Assembly (NCBI GenBank): GCA_947626095.1 | Contig: CANQQV010000002.1 | Coordinates: 97,092-161,091, forward strand | Length of the DNA stretch: 64,000 nucleotides | Source of the DNA: an uncultured Bacilli bacterium | GTDB lineage: Bacteria > Bacillota_I > Bacilli_A > RF39 > UBA660 | Direction: 5' to 3' | Shown: piece after piece, positions 58,664 through 64,000 of the stretch | How positions within the stretch are numbered: the first letter of the stretch is position 1 | How the letters are laid out: every line of letters starts with the position of its first letter | The notes under the pieces: generated by a model | What the model was told of the DNA's origin: nothing | The model's database searches: none | Seen by the model: only the letters and a program-made list of their open reading frames with translations | Made by a program: the position numbers and the translations under genes

Positions 58664-59003
58664 GGATTTACTTAAGGCATTAGGCCTTGATAATAGGACA
58701 ATTACTATTGGACTTAATGATGAGTATGCTCAAATGATGATCGAAAAGAAAATTGATAGTTATCTTAAAAAGTTAGATGAAGAAAAAAAGAAAGAAGATT
58801 TCATTGACCGATTGAAAAATAGTTACGATGAGTATAAAGAAAAACAACAATTAGTAGAAATGCTAAAAAGTAAGTATGTATATGGTGCAATTAAGGATAT
58901 GCTAATTAGAGATGGTTTTAGTTTTCGTTGCCCAACATGTATTGATTTATCCGGTCAATATGGTATAGCAATTCAGAACTATCCAAAGTATAATAAAAAA
59001 TAA
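58653..59003 (+). CDS. Hypothetical protein (element)
   Basis: Overlaps the end of the HTH gene; coiled coil and a CPTC motif. Confidence 0.6.
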   Translation: MSDKDLLKALGLDNRTITIGLNDEYAQMMIEKKIDSYLKKLDEEKKKEDFIDRLKNSYDEYKEKQQLVEMLKSKYVYGAIKDMLIRDGFSFRCPTCIDLSGQYGIAIQNYPKYNKK

Positions 59004-59011
59004 GAGATGGT

Positions 59012-60103
59012 TTAGGTCATCTCTTTATTTTTTAACTTATATTTTGTCTGTTTACTTTTATCATAAACAAACATATTTAACAAATTTGTTTCTTCTATAA
59101 TATTTTGAATATACCATATAGCATTGATAATTCTTAAAGTATCAATTTGTTTATTTGAATACTTTGAACCATGTGAAATTAAATTTCTATTAATTATATT
59201 AGATTGAGGATTTTTTAATTGCTCATTATTCTTATATAATTTATCATAAAAGTTTTTTAAAATTTCTATTTTCAAAAACATTTGATATGTATCATGACTT
59301 AAATAATAATCATGTAGTGAATCAACTACTAGATGTGATGTGTGTTGCTTAGTTGAATTGTCATCTATCAATTGCAAGGTTAAACTATCAACATAAGTAA
59401 TTAGTGAGGCCAAACATATAGAATAATTGCCTAAAAAATAATTTTGTTTTATTTGCCTTAATATTTGTTTTTTATCTTTCCTTTCTTCTCGTTTTATACA
59501 TTCAGAAAAAATTCTATTTATCCTAGATTTTGTAAAATGTTTTATCATCTTTTTTTCAAAATCATTTTTGTTAAGTTTTGTTAAAGAATTTATATTTTTA
59601 TACTCATATTCATAAGGAATTACCCAAAATCTTTTGTTTAAATATTCAGTTTCATATCCAGATAAATCTCCTATGTGTAGTGATGTGATTGTTTTAGATA
59701 ATCCATCCATAATACTTTGTAATTTAGAGGAAACTGCAATATTAATAAGATTACTAAAATCATAAGAATCAATAATTGATTTAAATGTTTCAGATAATTT
59801 TGAAGTAGTTTCAATACTATTTTTTATTACATTAGGCATAATAATCTTTTGATAATCTGCAATAATTTTTGCTGTTTTATTAAGTGATGAACTTAGTTCC
59901 ATATTTTGTTGTAATGCATTTGGAATTATTGATGTATGCATATCAATTAAAGATTTTGATAATTGACTTAGTGTTGATGACATTCCTTTAATGCTATTCA
60001 TATATTCTGCTGATTTTAATTTTTCTTGAATTTCAGACAAACTTGTTTCATTATGGCTGTCTAGTGATTTAATAATATTTTTTTTGTCATTATTTTCTTT
60101 CAT
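59012..60103 (-). CDS. Protein with a C-terminal HEPN-like Rx4H motif
   Basis: Helical N-terminus; NRNLISHG at 59168-59191 near the C-terminus. Confidence 0.55.
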   Translation of the reverse strand: MKENNDKKNIIKSLDSHNETSLSEIQEKLKSAEYMNSIKGMSSTLSQLSKSLIDMHTSIIPNALQQNMELSSSLNKTAKIIADYQKIIMPNVIKNSIETTSKLSETFKSIIDSYDFSNLINIAVSSKLQSIMDGLSKTITSLHIGDLSGYETEYLNKRFWVIPYEYEYKNINSLTKLNKNDFEKKMIKHFTKSRINRIFSECIKREERKDKKQILRQIKQNYFLGNYSICLASLITYVDSLTLQLIDDNSTKQHTSHLVVDSLHDYYLSHDTYQMFLKIEILKNFYDKLYKNNEQLKNPQSNIINRNLISHGSKYSNKQIDTLRIINAIWYIQNIIEETNLLNMFVYDKSKQTKYKLKNKEMT

Positions 60104-60181
60104 GTTTTCACCTCAAGAAATATTATATCATCATTTTTGCTGTATTTATGCTATAATAGTCAATCAAAAGGAAGTGATGTC

Positions 60182-60631
60182 ATGATTCTATATAATACTA
60201 GAACAGATAAGTTACCTTTAAGTACAGAGTTTTATAATAATCATGCAAATGGTCTTAAAATGTTTAGGTATAATGAAACTCTTATGAATAATTGTGGAGA
60301 TTATAAGATTCAAGAACAAATTACTTCTGATGTTTATTACACTTACAATGCCTTAGTAAAATTCAATAATACTTTAGACAAAGAGGTTATCAATGCTTTT
60401 AATATATTAGATAAGTTTTTACAAGAACATAAAGAAGTTAAAAATAGTAAGGATAACAAGTGCAAAAACTATTATGAAAAAATTCTTTATTGGAATAATA
60501 AATATAAAAAAGATTCATCAGATAGTAGTGTCCAAATAATTATATCTGATGTGCAAGATTTAATGAGATTCTTAGCAAAACAAGAAATAATAAAAGAATC
60601 CGGATGTAATTTAAAAAGAAATTATTTTTAG
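60182..60631 (+). CDS. Hypothetical protein (element)
   Basis: TGCTATAAT promoter and RBS-like AAGGAAGTGA before ATG at 60182. Confidence 0.6.
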   Translation: MILYNTRTDKLPLSTEFYNNHANGLKMFRYNETLMNNCGDYKIQEQITSDVYYTYNALVKFNNTLDKEVINAFNILDKFLQEHKEVKNSKDNKCKNYYEKILYWNNKYKKDSSDSSVQIIISDVQDLMRFLAKQEIIKESGCNLKRNYF

Positions 60632-60820
60632 AGGACAAAATTGCCCTCTTATTTTTTTTGTTTTCTTTTAGATACCGAACACAAATCGAACATCAAAACA
60701 ACAAAAAACTCATTCTAAGGGGCAGACATGAGGTTATTAATAATAATAAAATGGAATCAACAAGAGAAAAAACACACTCTTGATTGGCCAATAAAATTTG
60801 TGTTATTAGGAGGAGATTAA

Positions 60821-61330
60821 ATGAGTTTTTTAGATTATATTAATGAGAATACAGAGGGGTTGGCTTTAATTGATAGATTAAGAAATGCAATAAAAAATTT
60901 ATGTCATGATGACATTAAAAATGAGTTTAAAGAAGTTACAGAGGATGATATTGATAAACTGACTCTTTTTATTGAAAATAGTCTTATAGAATGCTTAAAG
61001 AATTATGATGGAGATTTTGATACTATTTCATTAGAATATGTAACGAATACAATTGGGGGTTTAGTAGGTTTTCATCGTTTGCTTAATGGTATTGATAAAA
61101 ATAGAAGAGAATCTTATTTAGAAATATTATGGGATGTAATATGTGAGTCATTTTCTAGTGTTGATGATATAGATAAATTATGTGAATTATCTTATGTAGT
61201 CAATAAGTATGTAATGATTAATGCCGGAGAATATGATGGAGATTATTCAGATTGTCTTTGTGAAAAAGACATGCAAGAGTGTTTATCAGAAATATATAAA
61301 TACATACTTAAAGATAAATTGGATTTCTAG
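60821..61330 (+). CDS. Hypothetical acidic protein (element)
   Basis: Strong RBS AGGAGG; 169 aa. Confidence 0.7.
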   Translation: MSFLDYINENTEGLALIDRLRNAIKNLCHDDIKNEFKEVTEDDIDKLTLFIENSLIECLKNYDGDFDTISLEYVTNTIGGLVGFHRLLNGIDKNRRESYLEILWDVICESFSSVDDIDKLCELSYVVNKYVMINAGEYDGDYSDCLCEKDMQECLSEIYKYILKDKLDF

Positions 61331-61335
61331 GGGTA

Positions 61336-61539
61336 TTGGCTTTGACTAAAGAGATGTGTGATTTAAAGACAATATCAGAATATCTAGATTTATCAATACC
61401 ATATATCAGAAAGTTAGTCAGAGCCAAAATGATACCTTATTATAAATTTGGTAACAGACTAAAATTTGATATAAAAGAAATCAATGAATGGATAGAATTA
61501 CATCGCCAAGAAGAACGAAAAAGTGTCCTTTTCTTCTAG
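61336..61539 (+). CDS. Excisionase-like HTH_17 protein adjacent to the integrase
   Basis: ISEYLDLSIPYIRKLV...IPYYKFGNRLKFD..EINEW. Confidence 0.85.
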   Translation: MALTKEMCDLKTISEYLDLSIPYIRKLVRAKMIPYYKFGNRLKFDIKEINEWIELHRQEERKSVLFF

Positions 61540-61619
61540 GAAAAAATGCCGTTTTATGGTATAATATTTATAGATAGTTAAGTATGTGTTCTATCCCATA
61601 AGTTATGAAAGGAGAACTT

Positions 61620-62765
61620 ATGGCAATTAAAAAAATAGATGTGAACAAATACAAAATAACTATTGAACTCGGTTATGATATATTAGGTAATCGGAAACGA
61701 AAGACAATCAATTTTACTGGTACTAAGTCAGAGGCAATTAAAAGAGAGGCCGAACTAAAAACAGAATATTATCACATGGGAGAATCCAAACGAATAACAG
61801 ATTTGACTTTCAAAGATTTATCAGAAATATTCATTGAAAAATATTGTAAGCCAAATATTTCATTGGTTACAACAAATGGATATAAAAAGTCTCTTAAAAG
61901 AATACTTCCAATCATAGGAAATAGAAAGTTAAAAGATATAACACCTTTTGTCTTAGATAATATGTATCAAAAATTGAGAATTGGTAAGAATGGTCAAGAG
62001 TTAGGATATCATTCAAATTATAATTTATATAAAGTTGTAAATGTTATGTTTAATCAAGCAATTAGATGGGAGATTATGGATAAGAATCCTAACTTAAAAG
62101 CAAGTAAGCCAAAGAAAGAACATAAGGAAAAGAACTTCTATGATGTTTATCAAGTTAAGAAGTTGTTAGATGTTCTTGAAAATGAATCTATCAAATATAA
62201 AATGTTAATTGTACTTGCCTTAGATTCCGGTGCAAGAAGAAGTGAGATTTGTGCTTTAAGATGGTCAGACATTGACTTAGATACAAGAATGGTAAGCATA
62301 ACAAAATCACTTAAAGTTGTTGAGGGTGTCATTGATGAAAAAACAACAAAGACAGAATCATCCATCAGAACAATTAAATTGAGTGAAGCGACTATCAATC
62401 TTATTAAGGAATATAAGAAATGGCAAGATGCCTATAAGTTAGTTAACAAGCAAAGATGGATTGGAAAAGATGACAGAGTTTTTACCTCTTTAAATGGTTC
62501 ATACATGTTCCCGGGTACTTGTGACCATATATTGAGAAAGATTGTTAAGAAATACAATTTAGACCCAATATGTTTTCATGAGTTAAGGCATACATGTGCA
62601 AGTCTTTTAATTAATTCTGGTGTTGACCCTAAGACTGTCAGTAAGAGATTAGGCCATTCAGATACATCAATCACGATGGAAATATATACTCATTCATTCG
62701 AAGAAAGTAAAAATGCATGTGCAGACAGATTTGATGAAATGATGAAAAAGTTAGAAATGGCATAA
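61620..62765 (+). CDS. int: Tyrosine recombinase/integrase
   Basis: SGARRSE (R), TKT (K), FHELRHT (HxxR), RLGH and IYTH (Y); RBS AAAGGAG before ATG at 61620. Confidence 0.96.
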   Translation: MAIKKIDVNKYKITIELGYDILGNRKRKTINFTGTKSEAIKREAELKTEYYHMGESKRITDLTFKDLSEIFIEKYCKPNISLVTTNGYKKSLKRILPIIGNRKLKDITPFVLDNMYQKLRIGKNGQELGYHSNYNLYKVVNVMFNQAIRWEIMDKNPNLKASKPKKEHKEKNFYDVYQVKKLLDVLENESIKYKMLIVLALDSGARRSEICALRWSDIDLDTRMVSITKSLKVVEGVIDEKTTKTESSIRTIKLSEATINLIKEYKKWQDAYKLVNKQRWIGKDDRVFTSLNGSYMFPGTCDHILRKIVKKYNLDPICFHELRHTCASLLINSGVDPKTVSKRLGHSDTSITMEIYTHSFEESKNACADRFDEMMKKLEMA

Positions 62766-62775
62766 AATCATAGCA

Positions 62776-62797
62776 TTATGGCACCAATTCACGGCAC
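62776..62797 (+). repeat. attR arm-type repeats
   Basis: TTATGGCAC (62776) and TCACGGCAC (62789) match TTACGGCAC at attL. Confidence 0.65.
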
Positions 62798-62906
62798 CTT
62801 AATGAAAAACGAGTTCAAAGAAAAATAAGTAAAATTAAAAGAAACCCTTTATTTATAAGGATTTCTTGATGTATAATATTGGTGTCCGAGGGATGAGGAA
62901 CAGCCC

Positions 62907-62952
62907 CCTCCTAAGCGATAGGTCGGCAGTTCGATTCTGCCTGGGGACGCCA
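62907..62952 (+). pseudogene. 3' half of the host tRNA-Arg(CCT) at attR
   Basis: C CT CCT AA GCGAT AGGTC GGCAG-TTCGATT-CTGCC TGGGGAC G CCA. GCGAT pairs with ATCGC and TGGGGAC with GTCCTCG of the 5' half. Confidence 0.93.
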
Positions 62953-62956
62953 TATA

Positions 62957-62989
62957 AAAAATAAAGCCTGTTGAGGCTTTTTTTATTTG
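62957..62989. terminator. Terminator after the tRNA 3' half and the convergent VanZ gene
   Basis: AAAGCCT-GTTG-AGGCTTT followed by a T tract. Confidence 0.7.
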
Positions 62990-63456
62990 ACACTTTTATT
63001 TGTAAAATTGAAATACTTTTGATGAAGAAGATAGAAGATGATTGTGGAGATAGATGCACCGCAAGTATCAATTAAGACGTCTAGTAGTTCACCAGAACGA
63101 CCACTTATAAACAGTTGATGACATTCATCACTACAAGCATAGATTAAACAGAGGATGATAGTATATATAATGGTTTTAGGAGTTAGATGATAGATTTTGT
63201 AGTATAGACGGAAGACAAGGAAACCAAGGATGAAGTAAGCCGTAAAATGAGCTGTTTTACGGACTATTTTGGAATAAGTTGAAGTTATTTTTTGTTGTTC
63301 TATAGGACTTAGTTCTTTGGAGGTTATAGTATTAATAACATTGATAATAAAGTTATTACTAGTTTCTTTGGAAGCAACGCCAGTTTGACTAGAGAAATGA
63401 AAAATTATAAACATCCAAAGAATAATTAAGATGATATTAAAGATATATTTTTTCAT
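62983..63456 (-). CDS. VanZ-family membrane protein
   Basis: IFHFSSQ, VRKTAHFTAY, YACSDECHQLFISGRSG...DVLID. Confidence 0.9.
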   Translation of the reverse strand: MKKYIFNIILIILWMFIIFHFSSQTGVASKETSNNFIINVINTITSKELSPIEQQKITSTYSKIVRKTAHFTAYFILGFLVFRLYYKIYHLTPKTIIYTIILCLIYACSDECHQLFISGRSGELLDVLIDTCGASISTIIFYLLHQKYFNFTNKSVK

Positions 63457-63527
63457 GTTGATCAATCCTTACTTATTAATAGTAACAATTATTAACAGGC
63501 ATTTCAATATATTAAAAAAAGACTTTA

Positions 63528-63731
63528 TTAAGCCTTATTTTCTTCGGGAATAATTTTTATGTAGAAAGAACTATCTTTTTGTTCGAGAAGAAATTCTATT
63601 TCTTGGTTTTCTTCTAATGAATAGTTCTTTTTAGCTGTTTTATCTAAGTGCGCAAAGATGCTTTCATGACTATTGTATTCGATAAAACCGCAACTTTTTT
63701 CTTTACTCCACCATTTAACTCTTCCTTTCAT
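63528..63731 (-). CDS. Divergent cold-shock domain protein
   Basis: MKGRVKWW..EKSCGFI...IFAH (RNP1/RNP2-like). Confidence 0.75.
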   Translation of the reverse strand: MKGRVKWWSKEKSCGFIEYNSHESIFAHLDKTAKKNYSLEENQEIEFLLEQKDSSFYIKIIPEENKA

Positions 63732-63823
63732 TTACTCTACCCTTTCTTAACTATGATTATCTTATCATACAATTGTTTGTATATCAAGATATTTTTGCAT
63801 ATATTTTTAGTATATTTACATTA

Positions 63824-63855
63824 AAAAAAAATATACCGTTAAAGGGTATATTTTT
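63824..63855 (-). terminator. Terminator downstream of the 5S rRNA
   Basis: AAAAATATACC...GGTATATTTTT hairpin with a T tract on the minus strand. Confidence 0.65.
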
Positions 63856-63868
63856 GAGCCAAAAAAAA

Positions 63869-63972
63869 ATCGGCGACTTCCTATTTTTGCTTGCGCTATC
63901 TTCGGCGTTTAAGTGCTTAACTGCTCTGTTCGGGATGGGAAGAGGTGTTGCCACTTAGCTATCGTCACCAAC
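63869..63972 (-). rRNA. rrf: 5S rRNA (short form)
   Basis: Minus strand TTGGTGACGATAGC...ACACCTCTTCCCATCCCGAACAGAGCAGTTAAGC...CGCCGAAGATAG...AATAGGAAGTCGCCGA; helix I ends pair. Ends are approximate. Confidence 0.93.
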
Positions 63973-64000
63973 AAAGGAATTATGTCCTTTAAAAACTAGA

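Larger units (their letters stand above)
53165..62915. mobile_element. Integrative element (~9.75 kb) inserted in tRNA-Arg(CCT)
   Basis: 9-bp direct repeat CCTCCTAAG at 53165-53173 and 62907-62915 separating matching tRNA halves; tyrosine integrase next to attR; two excisionase-like HTH genes; arm-type repeats at both ends. Confidence 0.93.

Noticed and set aside
825-62398. Short track ORFs nested in or antisense to long genes (e.g. 825, 1189, 5749, 17006, 19680, 29688, 36596, 37301, 55979, 62150)
   Set aside because: They are shadow frames of well-supported genes with no recognisable motifs.
53165-62915. Group I intron or trans-spliced split tRNA
   Set aside because: A 9-bp duplication, an integrase and arm repeats indicate site-specific integration. 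No intron core is visible, and the GAACA/TGTTC complementarity is explained as core-type sites.
53165-62915. Prophage or conjugative ICE
   Set aside because: No terminase, capsid, tail, lysis, relaxase or T4SS genes are recognisable.
62853-63071. 72-aa minus-strand ORF
   Set aside because: It runs antisense across the tRNA 3' half and attR and overlaps the VanZ gene; spurious.
63773-63958. 61-aa plus-strand ORF
   Set aside because: Antisense to the 5S rRNA and its terminator.
1-64000. CRISPR array
   Set aside because: No regularly spaced 25-45 bp repeats with unique spacers and no cas genes seen. The repeats found are coding or att-associated.

Overview
AT-rich chromosomal window from a low-GC Bacillota. 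The short 5S rRNA and the B. subtilis-like gene neighbourhood (ytxH/ytxG-like, trmB, ytgP/murJ-like, cse60) suggest a reduced-genome Bacilli lineage such as RF39; this taxonomy is inferred. Bases 1-48000 are mostly housekeeping and envelope genes (HAD hydrolase, two YfhO genes, mgtE, gpmI, plsC-acyl ligase-plsC, phosphoketolase, cobB, trmB, an NrtR-led operon), plus a 1719-aa repeat protein, an LRR/transglutaminase pair and a radical SAM/SPASM operon. Bases 48000-53030 are a decaying accessory region with a frameshifted CHC2 gene, an orphan HipA-like kinase and a CapA-family gene with a single amber stop. The main discovery is a ~9.75 kb tyrosine-integrase element (53165-62915, 9-bp CCTCCTAAG direct repeat) inserted in the anticodon loop of tRNA-Arg(CCT). 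It leaves the host tRNA split and carries its own divergent full-length tRNA-Arg(CCT). Its cargo is an unusual candidate defence locus: two beta-class amino-methyltransferases facing a PD-(D/E)xK nuclease that is translationally coupled to a TGT/DpdA-like transglycosylase with intact catalytic motifs, plus a separate protein with a HEPN-like motif. The window ends in a 5S rRNA gene. All calls come from reading motifs by eye; no searches were run.
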